From an uncultured Bacteroidales bacterium (GTDB lineage: Bacteria; Bacteroidota; Bacteroidia; Bacteroidales; JBBRXJ01): 42,230 bases of DNA. Both the position numbers and the translations under genes were made by a program. The notes under the pieces are model-generated. The model worked only from the letters and a program-made list of their open reading frames with translations, had not been told where the DNA came from and searched no databases. The first letter of the stretch is position 1; every line of letters begins with the position of its first letter. This document shows positions 19,423-29,576 of this stretch, in pieces. The stretch lies in NCBI GenBank assembly GCA_964601385.1, contig CAZRNJ010000001.1, positions 1 through 42,230 of the forward strand, read 5' to 3'.

Positions 19423-19437
19423 ATTACAAATTGTAAT
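19423..19437. promoter_or_regulatory. Perfect 7-1-7 palindrome ATTACAA-A-TTGTAAT; candidate Fur/PerR operator
   Basis: Located 13 nt upstream of the regulator's GTG. On the minus strand it is immediately downstream of a TATTTTTG -7 box (plus-strand 19443-19450). The geometry matches Fur-family 7-1-7 boxes. Confidence 0.6.
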
Positions 19438-19549
19438 GATTACAAAAATATGCTTTTTCCGGAATGATAGCGATATTGAATGTTATTTTTTTCTTAATTT
19501 TTATAGGATTGGATGGTCGGGCATCTGATGTTAAAAATTGGGCGTACAC

Positions 19550-19562
19550 TTACAAATTGTAA
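19550..19562. promoter_or_regulatory. Second copy of the palindrome core TTACAA-A-TTGTAA
   Basis: Its 13-mer is identical to 19424-19436. It lies 8 nt upstream of a plus-strand TATTTTTG -7 box (19571-19578) that precedes ugd. Confidence 0.5.
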
Positions 19563-19655
19563 AATATTGCTATTTTTGTTATCTTCATGGGTAGTCACTT
19601 GCAGAATTGCAATAAATATTACAACCATGAGGATTATAAATAAAAGTTTTAAAAC

Positions 19656-20990
19656 GTGAAAGTAACAATTGTTGGAACCGGTTATGTAGGACTTGTCAGC
19701 GGAACCTGTTTTGCCGAAACAGGGCTTACGGTGACTTGTGTGGATATTGACAAAGAGAAGATCAGGAAATTGAATAACGGCATAGTGCCCATTTATGAGC
19801 CGGGACTGGAAGATATGATTAACCGGAATGTGGCTAAAAAACGTTTATATTTTACCACCAGTTTAAAAGATACGCTGGCTGATTGTGAAGTGTTGTTTAT
19901 TGCTGTGGGCACACCGCCCGACGAAGATGGCAGCGCCGACCTCAAGCATGTGCTCGGGGTAGCCCGTGAAGTGGGAAAGTATATGAACCGCTATTTGGTT
20001 GTTGCAACAAAAAGCACAGTTCCGGTGGGTACAGCTCAAAAGGTAAGGGCTGCCATAAAAAGTGAACTGGTTAAACGAAAAAAAAATATCCCTTTTGATG
20101 TGGCTTCAAATCCTGAATTTTTAAAGGAAGGTAATGCTATCGAAGATTTTCTGAGACCGGACAGGATAGTGATTGGCATTGATTCTGAGCGCGCGGCAGA
20201 AATTATGCAAAAACTTTATAAGGCATTTTTGCTGAATGGCCATCCTATCGTATTTATGGATATTCCTTCGGCCGAGCTTACCAAGTATGCGGCTAATGCC
20301 ATGCTGGCTACCAAGATCAGTTTTATGAACGATTTATCGAACCTTTGTGAAATTGTAGGAGCCGATATAACCATGGTGCGTAAAGGGATTGCCAGCGATC
20401 CGCGTATCGGCAGTAAGTTTATTTATGCCGGCGCAGGATATGGCGGCTCATGTTTCCCAAAAGATGTAAAGGCGATCCTGAAAACGGCTCATAATCATCA
20501 TTATCCACTGCAAATATTAAAGGCAGTAGAGGAGGTAAATAATGAACAGAAAAAAATACTCTTTAAAAAACTGCACAATCATTTTAAAGGCGCTCTAAAA
20601 GGGAAAAAAATAGCTGTATGGGGCTTATCTTTTAAGCCCAATACCGATGATATGCGTGAAGCGCCATCGCTGGTATTTATTGAACAGGTGCTGAAGGCAG
20701 GATGTACTGTTTCGGCTTACGACCCTGTTGCCATGAATGAATGTCGCCGGCGTCTGGGTCATAAAATTAATTATGCCCGTAATGCGTATGATGCCCTTAA
20801 AGATGCCGATGCATTGGTTCTCATCACCGAGTGGTCTGAATTTCGTATGCCCGATTTTAAAAAAGCTTCCCGGCTGATGCGAACACACGTGGTTATTGAT
20901 GGCCGTAATATTTATGAACCATCGGACCTGCAAAATGCCGGTTTTGTTTATTATGGTATAGGTCGTGTAATTCATCAAAAAAAGCAGTAA
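19656..20990 (+). CDS. ugd: UDP-glucose 6-dehydrogenase
   Basis: 444 aa with a GTG start. GTGYVGLVSGTCFAE Rossmann motif and the GGSCFPKD catalytic Cys motif. Confidence 0.93.
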   Translation: MKVTIVGTGYVGLVSGTCFAETGLTVTCVDIDKEKIRKLNNGIVPIYEPGLEDMINRNVAKKRLYFTTSLKDTLADCEVLFIAVGTPPDEDGSADLKHVLGVAREVGKYMNRYLVVATKSTVPVGTAQKVRAAIKSELVKRKKNIPFDVASNPEFLKEGNAIEDFLRPDRIVIGIDSERAAEIMQKLYKAFLLNGHPIVFMDIPSAELTKYAANAMLATKISFMNDLSNLCEIVGADITMVRKGIASDPRIGSKFIYAGAGYGGSCFPKDVKAILKTAHNHHYPLQILKAVEEVNNEQKKILFKKLHNHFKGALKGKKIAVWGLSFKPNTDDMREAPSLVFIEQVLKAGCTVSAYDPVAMNECRRRLGHKINYARNAYDALKDADALVLITEWSEFRMPDFKKASRLMRTHVVIDGRNIYEPSDLQNAGFVYYGIGRVIHQKKQ

Positions 20991-21941
20991 GTGAAAAAGC
21001 GTGTATTGGTTACCGGAGGCGCAGGATTTATCGGATCACACCTTTGCGAGCGTTTGGTTGATGAAGGTCACGAGGTCTTTTGTCTCGATAACTATTTTAC
21101 CGGCGCAAAATCCAATATCGTGCATCTTCTCGGAAAACCGTATTTCGAAGCCATACGGCACGATGTCACCATGCCTTTTTTTATCGAGGTTGATGAAATT
21201 TATAACCTCGCTTGTCCTGCTTCGCCCATCCACTATCAGTTTAATGCAATTAAAACCATCAAAACGTCAGTAATGGGAGCCATCAATATGCTGGGGCTGG
21301 CTAAACGGGTGAAAGCAAAAATCCTTCAGGCCTCTACCAGTGAGGTGTATGGCGATCCGGCCATTCATCCGCAGGTAGAAGAATATTGGGGAAATGTGAA
21401 TCCGATTGGCAGCCGTTCCTGTTACGATGAGGGCAAACGATGCGCCGAATCGTTGTTTGTCAATTACCATAAACAAAATAATGTTGCCATAAAAATTATT
21501 CGGATATTTAATACTTATGGACCCAGGATGCATCCTAATGATGGCCGTGTGGTCTCAAATTTTATCGTGCAGGCGCTAAAAAATGACCCGATTACTGTTT
21601 ATGGCGATGGCTCACAAACCCGCTCATTCCAGTATATTGATGATCTGGTGGAAGGAATGGTCCGAATGATGGCCACCAACGAAAGTTTTGTTGGACCGGT
21701 TAATCTCGGTAATCCCGCCGAATTTACTATTCTCGAACTGGCCGAAAAGGTGATTAAACTAACTGGCTCGGCATCAAAGATTATTTTTAAACCCTTACCC
21801 GATGACGATCCGGTGAAACGCAAACCGGATATCACGCTTGCCCGAAAAGAACTGAATAACTGGGAACCCACAATTACGCTCGACACAGGGTTGAAGCATA
21901 CCATCGGATATTTTAGAAACCTCTTAAACCAAAATGAATGA
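20991..21941 (+). CDS. UDP-glucuronate decarboxylase (UDP-xylose synthase)
   Basis: 316 aa with a GTG start. [23 protein letters not shown], the YDEGKR catalytic motif, and [10 protein letters not shown]. Confidence 0.9.
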   Translation: MKKRVLVTGGAGFIGSHLCERLVDEGHEVFCLDNYFTGAKSNIVHLLGKPYFEAIRHDVTMPFFIEVDEIYNLACPASPIHYQFNAIKTIKTSVMGAINMLGLAKRVKAKILQASTSEVYGDPAIHPQVEEYWGNVNPIGSRSCYDEGKRCAESLFVNYHKQNNVAIKIIRIFNTYGPRMHPNDGRVVSNFIVQALKNDPITVYGDGSQTRSFQYIDDLVEGMVRMMATNESFVGPVNLGNPAEFTILELAEKVIKLTGSASKIIFKPLPDDDPVKRKPDITLARKELNNWEPTITLDTGLKHTIGYFRNLLNQNE

Positions 21942-22825
21942 AAGGGATTATTCTGGCCGGCGGATCCGGCACTCGACTGTACCCATTGACCAAGAGCATT
22001 TCAAAACAGATTATTCCGGTGTACGACAAACCGATGATCTATTATCCTTTATCTATTCTTATGCTTTCAGGTATTCGCGATATTCTTATTATTTCAACCC
22101 CCAAAGATATTGTTGTTTATAAGGAGCTTCTTGAAGACGGAAGCCAGTTTGGCTTGTCTGTTCAATATGCTATCCAGCCCTCGCCGGATGGGCTTGCACA
22201 GGCCTTTCTTATTGGTGAATCGTTTATCGGAAACGATAGCGTTTGCCTTGTGCTTGGCGATAATATTTTTTACGGACACGGGTTTGGTAAACTGCTCAGG
22301 CAGACAGCAGCAGTGGATCAGAACGCTGTTGTATTTGGTTATTATGTAAATGATCCGCAACGGTATGGTGTTGTTGAGTTCGACGATAAAGGCCATGTGC
22401 TGAGTATTGAAGAAAAACCAGCCCATCCGAAATCAAATTTTGCCGTTACCGGTTTGTATTATTATCCCAATGATGTTATTGCTAAAGCAAAAACACTCAA
22501 GCCATCTGTGCGTAACGAATTGGAGATAACTGATCTCAACCGGCTCTATCTGAACGAACAGCGGCTGAACGTACAGCTTCTCGGACGTGGAATAGCGTGG
22601 CTCGACACCGGTACCCATGAGAGCTTGCTCGAGGCATCGAATTTTATTATGACCATACAGAAACGACAGGGACTGATCATCTCTTGCATTGAAGAAATTG
22701 CTTATAAACTAGGTTATATTAATAAAGACCAATTGTTGAAACTTGCACGTACACTCGAGAAAAATGAGTATGGCCGCTATCTGTTGAAAATTGCTGAGGA
22801 AAAGAATTTTTTAACTGAATCATGA
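21938..22825 (+). CDS. rfbA: Glucose-1-phosphate thymidylyltransferase
   Basis: 295 aa. [18 protein letters not shown]...[15 protein letters not shown]. Confidence 0.95.
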   Translation: MKGIILAGGSGTRLYPLTKSISKQIIPVYDKPMIYYPLSILMLSGIRDILIISTPKDIVVYKELLEDGSQFGLSVQYAIQPSPDGLAQAFLIGESFIGNDSVCLVLGDNIFYGHGFGKLLRQTAAVDQNAVVFGYYVNDPQRYGVVEFDDKGHVLSIEEKPAHPKSNFAVTGLYYYPNDVIAKAKTLKPSVRNELEITDLNRLYLNEQRLNVQLLGRGIAWLDTGTHESLLEASNFIMTIQKRQGLIISCIEEIAYKLGYINKDQLLKLARTLEKNEYGRYLLKIAEEKNFLTES

Positions 22826-23370
22826 AAATTATCCCGACATCAATTTCAGGACTTGTAGTCATTGAACCGATAGTATTTGAAGACAGCCGGGGATATTTTT
22901 TTGAATCGTTTAACGAGAAAAAATTAAGCGATGCCGGTATTCACTTGCGGTTTGTGCAGGATAACCAGAGCAAATCATCGTATGGTGTGATTCGCGGCCT
23001 CCATTACCAGCTATCGCCTCATGCCCAGACAAAGCTGGTGAGAGTGTTGCAGGGCGCTATACTTGATGTTGCTGTTGACCTGCGAACGAAGTCGGCTACC
23101 TTCGGAAAAACACTCGGCGTGGAACTCTCGGCCGAAAATAAAAAACAATTATTGGTTCCCCGCGGTTTTGCTCACGGATTTTCGGTTCTCACCGAAACGG
23201 CGGTAGTAATGTATAAATGTGACGAATATTATACCCCGCAGGCCGAACGGGGCATTGTTTTTAATGATCCGGCACTGAATATTGACTGGAGAATACCGGC
23301 AGGTAAGGAAATTGTTTCGGACCGGGACCGGAATTTTAAACCTTTCAACCAGGCCGAAATGAATTTTTAA
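22822..23370 (+). CDS. rfbC: dTDP-4-dehydrorhamnose 3,5-epimerase
   Basis: 182 aa. [13 protein letters not shown]...RGLHYQ...KLVRV..G.I.DVAVD. Confidence 0.93.
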   Translation: MKIIPTSISGLVVIEPIVFEDSRGYFFESFNEKKLSDAGIHLRFVQDNQSKSSYGVIRGLHYQLSPHAQTKLVRVLQGAILDVAVDLRTKSATFGKTLGVELSAENKKQLLVPRGFAHGFSVLTETAVVMYKCDEYYTPQAERGIVFNDPALNIDWRIPAGKEIVSDRDRNFKPFNQAEMNF

Positions 23371-23379
23371 TCGGAACAC

Positions 23380-24252
23380 ATGAGCATATTGGTAACAGGA
23401 GCAAATGGGCAGTTGGGAAGTGAACTGCAGCGTATCGCAAAGGAATTTCCCCTGCCATTGTTGTTTCATGATATTGACACACTTGATATTACTGATTCTC
23501 TGGCGTTACAACAGTTTTGCTCAGATCATGCTTTGTCTTTTATTATTAATTGCGCGGCATATACTGCAGTTGATAAGGCCGAATGCGACGAGCAACAAGC
23601 TAACCGGCTAAACCACGGCGCTGTGAAAAATCTGCGGAATGTTTCTGACCAGTTCAATATCCGGATTGTTCATCTTTCCACTGATTATATTTTTGACGGA
23701 TCGAAAAATACACCGTATACCGAAGATGATAAACCAGCCCCACTCAGCGTATACGGTATGTCGAAACTGAAAGGCGAATATGAATTGTTATCATCACCCC
23801 GGTGTATGATTATCCGTACTTCATGGCTCTATTCTTCGTTTGGAAATAATTTTGTTAAAACGATTCTGCGGCATGCGGCAGAAAAAGAAGCGCTTGACGT
23901 GGTGTATGACCAGACAGGCGTGCCGACTTACGGCTATGACCTTGGCCATGTGTTATTGTTTATTTTGTCAGGTGTGATTCATCAGCGGTTTGAATTTGTA
24001 AGTGGAATTTTTAATTATTCCAATGAAGGGGTATGCAGCTGGTTCGATTTTGCCAGGGAGATTATTGCATTATCCGGGATGTCTTGTAAGGTCAGGCCTA
24101 TTTTAACTTCAGGATATCCGCTTGCTGCGCGTCGTCCTGCTTACAGTGTACTGGCTAAAGAGAAGATAAAAAAAACATTCGGCATTCAGATCCCTTACTG
24201 GAAAGATAGTTTGCGATGTTGTATTAATGAAATTCAAAATAAAGATAAATAA
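23380..24252 (+). CDS. rfbD: dTDP-4-dehydrorhamnose reductase
   Basis: 290 aa. ILVTGANGQLG...NCAAYTAVDKAE...HLSTDYIFDG...YGMSKLKGE. Confidence 0.92.
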   Translation: MSILVTGANGQLGSELQRIAKEFPLPLLFHDIDTLDITDSLALQQFCSDHALSFIINCAAYTAVDKAECDEQQANRLNHGAVKNLRNVSDQFNIRIVHLSTDYIFDGSKNTPYTEDDKPAPLSVYGMSKLKGEYELLSSPRCMIIRTSWLYSSFGNNFVKTILRHAAEKEALDVVYDQTGVPTYGYDLGHVLLFILSGVIHQRFEFVSGIFNYSNEGVCSWFDFAREIIALSGMSCKVRPILTSGYPLAARRPAYSVLAKEKIKKTFGIQIPYWKDSLRCCINEIQNKDK

Positions 24253-24255
24253 AAT

Positions 24256-25998
24256 ATGACAAACGAATTGGTTGAGAAAGCCCGGACGACAGCCCGGCAA
24301 TGGCTTGCAGCACCTTTTGATCCGGAAACACAGAAACAGGTTAAACACATGCTCGATCACGATGAACAACAGTTGGTTGATTCATTTTATACGATGCTCG
24401 AATTTGGTACCGGCGGCCTTCGCGGCATCATGGGGCCCCGCACAAACCGGATGAATATTTATACTGTTGGTATGGCTACGCAGGGACTGTGTAATTACCT
24501 GTTAAAACAGTTCAGTCATCTGAAGCAGATCAGCGTGGCAATAACGTATGACTCGCGAAACAACAGTAAGTTGTTTGCCGAAACTGCTGCCGGTGTTTTT
24601 GCTGCCAATGGCATAAGGGTTTATCTTTCTCAGGCATTAAGGCCTACGCCATGGCTGTCATTTGCTGTTCGTTATTTTAATTGTCAGAGCGGAGTTGTGA
24701 TCACGGCCTCCCATAATCCGAAAGAATACAATGGATACAAGGCCTATTGGGACGATGGCGCACAGGTGGTGCCGCCGCATGATAAAAATATCATTGCCGA
24801 GGTGAAAAAGATAACCGCTGTGAGCGATGTGAAATTTAACGGGCCGGGCGAGCTCATAACCCTTGCCGGAAGTGATGTTGATGAAGTATATCTTCGAAAA
24901 ATTACCGGTTTATCTCTTTCTCCGGATATTAATAAAAAATTTCACGACCTGAAGATTGTCTATACATCTATTCATGGCACAGGAATTACGTTAGTCCCTG
25001 AAGCGCTCTTACGCTATGGATTTACTAATGTTACCATTGTTGCGCAGCAGGATATACCCGATGGTAATTTCCCTACTGTACATTCTCCCAACCCCGAAGA
25101 AGCCAGCGCCCTGGCCTTGGGCTTGGAAACTGCGCGGAAGATTGATGCAGACATATTACTGGCCACCGATCCGGACAGCGACCGCGTAGGTATTGCCATT
25201 AAAAATGATAAAAAGGAATTTATTCTGATGAACGGAAATCAGACCGGCGCATTACTGATCTATTACTTATTGAAACGCCGTGATGAATTGAAAATGAATA
25301 AGCCAAATGATTTTATTGTCAAAACAATCGTTACTACCCGACTCATTGAAGAAATTGGCAAGAGCTTTGGTGTTCGCTGTTTTAATGTCCTCACCGGATT
25401 CAAATATATTGCTGAGATTATTCGTGAGAATGAAGGCACGCTGAATTTTGTCGGGGGAGGTGAAGAGAGTTATGGCTATCTGGTAGGTGATTTTGTGCGC
25501 GATAAAGATGCTGTCAGCGCCTGTGCGCTTATCGCTGAAGCAGCAAGTTGGGCACGAAGCATTGGAAAAACCGTTTACCAGTTGTTGATGGATATCTATC
25601 TGCAATATGGAATGTTTAAAGAGGGAATTGTAAATATCGGTAAGAAAGGCGTTCAGGGGCAGCAAGAGATTCAACAGATGATGGAAAACTACCGGAATGC
25701 GCCGCCCGAAAGGATTAATCAATCGGAGGTGATGCTGATTCATGATTTTGAAAAGCGTCAGACGATTGATATGATCAGTAATTTGCGTTATGAGATTCAT
25801 CTTCCTGCTTCAAATGTTTTACAGTTTATTTTAAAAGACGGATCAATCATTACTGTGCGTCCCTCGGGAACAGAACCGAAGATTAAATTTTATTTTGCCG
25901 TCAGCGAAAGAGTAGAAAGTGCTGCTGATTTAGAAGAAACAAACCGCTTGCTCGATCACCGGATTGATAGCATCAAACAATCGCTCCGGCTGATATAA
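24256..25998 (+). CDS. Phospho-sugar mutase (phosphoglucomutase/phosphomannomutase family, PgcA-like)
   Basis: 580 aa. FGTGGLRG, the TASHNPKEYNGYK phosphoserine loop, the DPDSDR metal loop, and RPSGTEPKIKFY. Confidence 0.92.
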   Translation: MTNELVEKARTTARQWLAAPFDPETQKQVKHMLDHDEQQLVDSFYTMLEFGTGGLRGIMGPRTNRMNIYTVGMATQGLCNYLLKQFSHLKQISVAITYDSRNNSKLFAETAAGVFAANGIRVYLSQALRPTPWLSFAVRYFNCQSGVVITASHNPKEYNGYKAYWDDGAQVVPPHDKNIIAEVKKITAVSDVKFNGPGELITLAGSDVDEVYLRKITGLSLSPDINKKFHDLKIVYTSIHGTGITLVPEALLRYGFTNVTIVAQQDIPDGNFPTVHSPNPEEASALALGLETARKIDADILLATDPDSDRVGIAIKNDKKEFILMNGNQTGALLIYYLLKRRDELKMNKPNDFIVKTIVTTRLIEEIGKSFGVRCFNVLTGFKYIAEIIRENEGTLNFVGGGEESYGYLVGDFVRDKDAVSACALIAEAASWARSIGKTVYQLLMDIYLQYGMFKEGIVNIGKKGVQGQQEIQQMMENYRNAPPERINQSEVMLIHDFEKRQTIDMISNLRYEIHLPASNVLQFILKDGSIITVRPSGTEPKIKFYFAVSERVESAADLEETNRLLDHRIDSIKQSLRLI

Positions 25999-26082
25999 AA
26001 GATTACCCCGTTTGTTATGCAATTTCTTCTTAAAAAATTATATTTGAGAAATATTATTAATTAACCTTAAATACTAAATGCT

Positions 26083-26694
26083 ATGAAAAAACAATTTCTT
26101 ATTATCGGTATGCTGATGGCCACAGTTGCTGTCTTTGCTCAGAATAAACCTGTGCGGATAGGTGTAAAACTGGGAATGCCAAACCTTGCAGGTTTAAATG
26201 GTGAATATGTTACACCATTAGTTAATGGCCGCTTGGGTGTTGGGCTTGACCTGACCTATATCCCGCTTGGTTTTAATTATTCGGACCCTTCGGGAGCATC
26301 AGTTTCCGGTAAATTTGCATTAAGCTATTGGGGATTAGAGCCGCATTTTTATTTTGGCAAGAATCCTGGTAAGGGGCCTTATCTTGCCGCTGGTTTTGGT
26401 CGTATGGGCCTTAAAGCAACCGCTACAGGTGCTACATCGAGTGATGGATTGAGCTTTGACGGTGAAGTATCCGGCAAATATGGTATTAATTTTGTTCAGT
26501 TCAAACTTGGATGGAAATGGGGTGGATTATTTTATTTCAGACCTGAACTTGGCTACGGATTAGCACAGGGTGATGATAAGATGAAAGTTGATGTTGAGTA
26601 TTCTGATGGTAAAAAGGAAAGTGATGATGCCGATGTTCCTGGCGTGGCTGGTGGTGGCATTGTTCTGAATATCGGATTTGGATTTGCTTTTTAA
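26083..26694 (+). CDS. Small outer-membrane beta-barrel (porin-family) protein
   Basis: 203 aa with a signal peptide, alternating Gly/aromatic beta-strand pattern, and a terminal ...NIGFGFAF. Confidence 0.75.
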   Translation: MKKQFLIIGMLMATVAVFAQNKPVRIGVKLGMPNLAGLNGEYVTPLVNGRLGVGLDLTYIPLGFNYSDPSGASVSGKFALSYWGLEPHFYFGKNPGKGPYLAAGFGRMGLKATATGATSSDGLSFDGEVSGKYGINFVQFKLGWKWGGLFYFRPELGYGLAQGDDKMKVDVEYSDGKKESDDADVPGVAGGGIVLNIGFGFAF

Positions 26695-26744
26695 TCCCGG
26701 TTTAAATTTAGTATAAATGTTATTGGTATTATAACCATATAAAC

Positions 26745-26767
26745 GGCAGGATGTTCTTCTGCCTTTT
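26745..26767 (+). terminator. Intrinsic terminator after the OMP gene
   Basis: GGCAGGA-TGTTC-TTCTGCC stem (7 bp with one G:U) followed by TTTT. Confidence 0.65.
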
Positions 26768-26777
26768 ATTGTTGGTA

Positions 26778-28058
26778 TTATGTTAAGTATTCTGAAACGA
26801 TCTGATCGTACATCTCTTTTAATCCTGCATATTTCAGATGAGTAAAAGAGGTGTTGTGAAAGATCACAGAAAAGTGGCAGTTTAAATTTTGTTTTAATTC
26901 TTTAATTTCATTTATTATCGTTTGCATTAATTCATTTCTGTCTCCCTTTAAATAATGTACCAGTGTTCCATCCATAAAAAACAATGGTATTTCGAGCACT
27001 GTTGAGCCACGGTTCTCATTAAACAGGTAAGGATTAAATGGTGTTGCAATTGAGTTTCTGAATCCATACTGTTCGGCAAAGCCAAGTGAATAATCTTTAC
27101 GGATTGATGCTTTTTCATAAACTGGAAAAGACAGGGCTGTGTCTATCTGCAGAAAATGCTGCCGCAAGGCCGTAACCGGTTGTCCGGTAATTTTACCCAG
27201 TTGTTCCATTTGCTGTGTCAGCCGGCTGAGGTTAGTGCAGGTATTGTACCCGGGATGTAGCTCTACCTGTATACCGGCTTGAGTTAACCGCTTTATCTGT
27301 TTTTTAACGCGGGGATTGTTTATGTTATAGTCAGCATCTTGTTTGCTTTGTGATACAAGTATAAAAAATACGGAGGGAATTTTCTTTTTAATGGTTATAT
27401 CTACGAGTTCCCGGAATCCATCGAAATAGCTATCTTTTCCCAGAATGAATTTTTTCCATAGGATAACAGCGATTTGAAACACACTCGCCGGTTTGAAATT
27501 TTTCAGATAGTAACCGCAATCTTCCCACCATCCGTTGTTTAGCGTGTCAATATCATGTGTCATTTCAATCCATGATCCATCGGGACTGAATTTTTTTTCC
27601 TTTATGGCAATCCCTGCATCATTCAGTAATCCTGCAAGTAATTTAAAATAGATGGAAACAACAGGCACCGAAGCAAACTGATACTTGCACTGCAATGAGT
27701 CGGAAAACCGGAAGCGTCCATGCTTATCACGATTTGTAATGATTATTTCCTGCCAGCCTGATAAAAGAAGAAAACTGTTTAAATAGAAATCAAAACTCAG
27801 CCGGCCACTGTTGATATAACTCGATTGACCGGGTTCGGTAAAAAAAACCGGAAACCGGTATTGGTTCCAGACATAGAATACCGGACGTAATGTGTCGAAT
27901 CGGGTGAATGCTTCGGCATAGCTGCCCTTAAATGGAGTGTGCAGCGTGTCAATTAACGTACTGTATGATTTATCTGTTTCATAAATCAAAGTAAACTGGT
28001 TTAATACATAGTTTCGTATGTTTGAATAGGATGGAACAGGAAAGCGTATGTCTGGCAT
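26778..28058 (-). CDS. Hypothetical protein, possibly polysaccharide-deacetylase-like
   Basis: 426 aa. The HDIDT.. and ..ELHPGY.. motifs and overall layout recall deacetylase-fold proteins with an N-terminal accessory domain. The family assignment is from memory only. Confidence 0.4.
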   Translation of the reverse strand: MPDIRFPVPSYSNIRNYVLNQFTLIYETDKSYSTLIDTLHTPFKGSYAEAFTRFDTLRPVFYVWNQYRFPVFFTEPGQSSYINSGRLSFDFYLNSFLLLSGWQEIIITNRDKHGRFRFSDSLQCKYQFASVPVVSIYFKLLAGLLNDAGIAIKEKKFSPDGSWIEMTHDIDTLNNGWWEDCGYYLKNFKPASVFQIAVILWKKFILGKDSYFDGFRELVDITIKKKIPSVFFILVSQSKQDADYNINNPRVKKQIKRLTQAGIQVELHPGYNTCTNLSRLTQQMEQLGKITGQPVTALRQHFLQIDTALSFPVYEKASIRKDYSLGFAEQYGFRNSIATPFNPYLFNENRGSTVLEIPLFFMDGTLVHYLKGDRNELMQTIINEIKELKQNLNCHFSVIFHNTSFTHLKYAGLKEMYDQIVSEYLT

Positions 28059-28121
28059 TTTGGTTTGGTTACAGATTTGTATAAAATTAAGCTAAAATGT
28101 ACAAAACAGAAAAAAAATTAT

Positions 28122-28147
28122 AAATTTGGTATTTCCTTACTTAAATT
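28122..28147. promoter_or_regulatory. Imperfect inverted repeat AAATTTGGTA-N6-TACTTAAATT; candidate Rrf2 operator (copy 1)
   Basis: Ends 6 nt before the Rrf2 ATG. 20 of 26 positions are identical to 28649-28674. Confidence 0.5.
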
Positions 28148-28153
28148 ATAGTT

Positions 28154-28576
28154 ATGAGTAAACTGATTTCAATGAGCGAGGCGGTTTCTATCGGATTACA
28201 TGGAATGGTGCTTTTGGCTAAGCAGGGTGGCAAGGGCTCGATAAATGTACAGGATATTGCCAGTGCAACACAATCGTCGCGGCATCATGTGGCAAAAATT
28301 ATGCAGCGACTCGCAAAAGAGGGTTTTTTGCTTTCGCAGCGCGGACCAACCGGTGGATTTATCCTCAATAAGAAACCATCGGCCATTACTCTTCTTGATA
28401 TTTGGGAGGCCATAGAAGGTAAATTGGTGATTAATAGCTGTCCGCTTGATAAGGATAAAAAAATTTGTTCTTTCGGGAATTGTATTATGGATACTATTGC
28501 GCTCCGGATATCTGGTCAATTTAAAGAATATCTTCAGAATACTACTCTGGCTTCGTTTTTAAAGAACGCAGATTAA
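28154..28576 (+). CDS. Rrf2 family transcriptional regulator (three-Cys Fe-S type)
   Basis: 140 aa. N-terminal wHTH (...IASATQSSRHHVAKIMQRLAKEGFLLSQRGPTGGF) and a Cys triad CPLDKDKKICSFGNC. Confidence 0.88.
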   Translation: MSKLISMSEAVSIGLHGMVLLAKQGGKGSINVQDIASATQSSRHHVAKIMQRLAKEGFLLSQRGPTGGFILNKKPSAITLLDIWEAIEGKLVINSCPLDKDKKICSFGNCIMDTIALRISGQFKEYLQNTTLASFLKNAD

Positions 28577-28648
28577 TACACCGAAGTGATATTTATCATT
28601 TTATTGATTTTTTTATGTTTGTTGTTTGTAAAAATGTAAAAAGAAAGT

Positions 28649-28674
28649 AATTTTGGTAATTAAATACCTAAATT
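28649..28674. promoter_or_regulatory. Inverted repeat AATTTTGGTA-N6-TACCTAAATT; candidate Rrf2 operator (copy 2)
   Basis: The arms match 9/10 as an inverted repeat. It ends 9 nt before the ATG of the 4Fe-4S gene. Confidence 0.5.
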
Positions 28675-28683
28675 CTTTAATTA

Positions 28684-29574
28684 ATGAAAAGACAGATCAT
28701 AAAGGTTGACGATGACTTGTGCAATGGTTGTGGAGAATGTATCCCGAATTGTCATGAGGGAGCGCTGCAAATCATTGATGGCAAAGTACGGCTGGTGAGC
28801 GAATTGATGTGTGATGGGCTAGGCGCGTGTATTGGCCATTGTCCGACCGGTGCACTTGAGATTGAGGAACGCGAAGCTCAACCTTATGACGAGGTTGCTG
28901 TTTTAAAAGAAATGGTCCCTAAAGGCAAGAATCTTATTGCTGCTCATCTTAAACATCTTAAAGATCACGGTGAGGACGGGTATTTAAAGCAAGGTATAGA
29001 TTATTTACTTGACGTAAAGAAGTCATTACCATTTGAGGTGGACGAAATTATTACTGAAGTGCAACAATTAAAAACCGCTAATACAATAGAATCAATGAAA
29101 GAACATATTCATGGAATGGGCGGCTGTCCGGGGTCGCGCGAAATGGCATTCAATGCCCAACAGCAAAATGATGGAGAAACGGGCTCGTTGCAATCCCAGT
29201 TACGCCAATGGCCGGTTCAGATGCATCTGATTAATCCGAGAGCATCGTATTTTCAGCAGGCCGATGTGGTGCTGGCTGCCGATTGTGTGGCCTTTGCCAT
29301 GGGTAATTTTCATCAGAAATACCTGAAGGGTAAAAGCATTGCTATTGCCTGTCCTAAGCTGGATGACGGCCTGGATATCTATACTGAAAAAATTAAAGCA
29401 ATGATTGATGAGGCGCAAATCAATACTTTAACTGTAATGATTATGCAGGTGCCTTGCTGCAGCGGGCTCTTGCAAATCGCTTCACAGGCCGCGCAGCAAG
29501 CCGGTCGTAAAGTTCCTGTTAAATCAATTGTTGTTAGCTTGCAGGGTGAAGTATTAACCGAAAATTGGGTATAG
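28684..29574 (+). CDS. 4Fe-4S ferredoxin-domain protein with a Cys-rich C-terminal domain of unknown function
   Basis: N-terminus CNGCGECIPNCHEG...CDGLGACIGHCPTGA (ferredoxin-like cluster motifs). The C-terminal part has QWPVQMHLI...AADCVAFA...IACPKLDD...VPCCSGL. Confidence 0.75.
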   Translation: MKRQIIKVDDDLCNGCGECIPNCHEGALQIIDGKVRLVSELMCDGLGACIGHCPTGALEIEEREAQPYDEVAVLKEMVPKGKNLIAAHLKHLKDHGEDGYLKQGIDYLLDVKKSLPFEVDEIITEVQQLKTANTIESMKEHIHGMGGCPGSREMAFNAQQQNDGETGSLQSQLRQWPVQMHLINPRASYFQQADVVLAADCVAFAMGNFHQKYLKGKSIAIACPKLDDGLDIYTEKIKAMIDEAQINTLTVMIMQVPCCSGLLQIASQAAQQAGRKVPVKSIVVSLQGEVLTENWV

Positions 29575-29576
29575 AT

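Noticed and set aside
28657-28683. AT-only inverted repeat TAATTAAA-N11-TTTAATTA abutting the 4Fe-4S gene start
   Set aside because: It consists purely of A/T in an AT-rich leader and has no counterpart upstream of the Rrf2 gene. The overlapping TTTGGTA...TAAATT repeat, shared by both promoters, is the better operator candidate.
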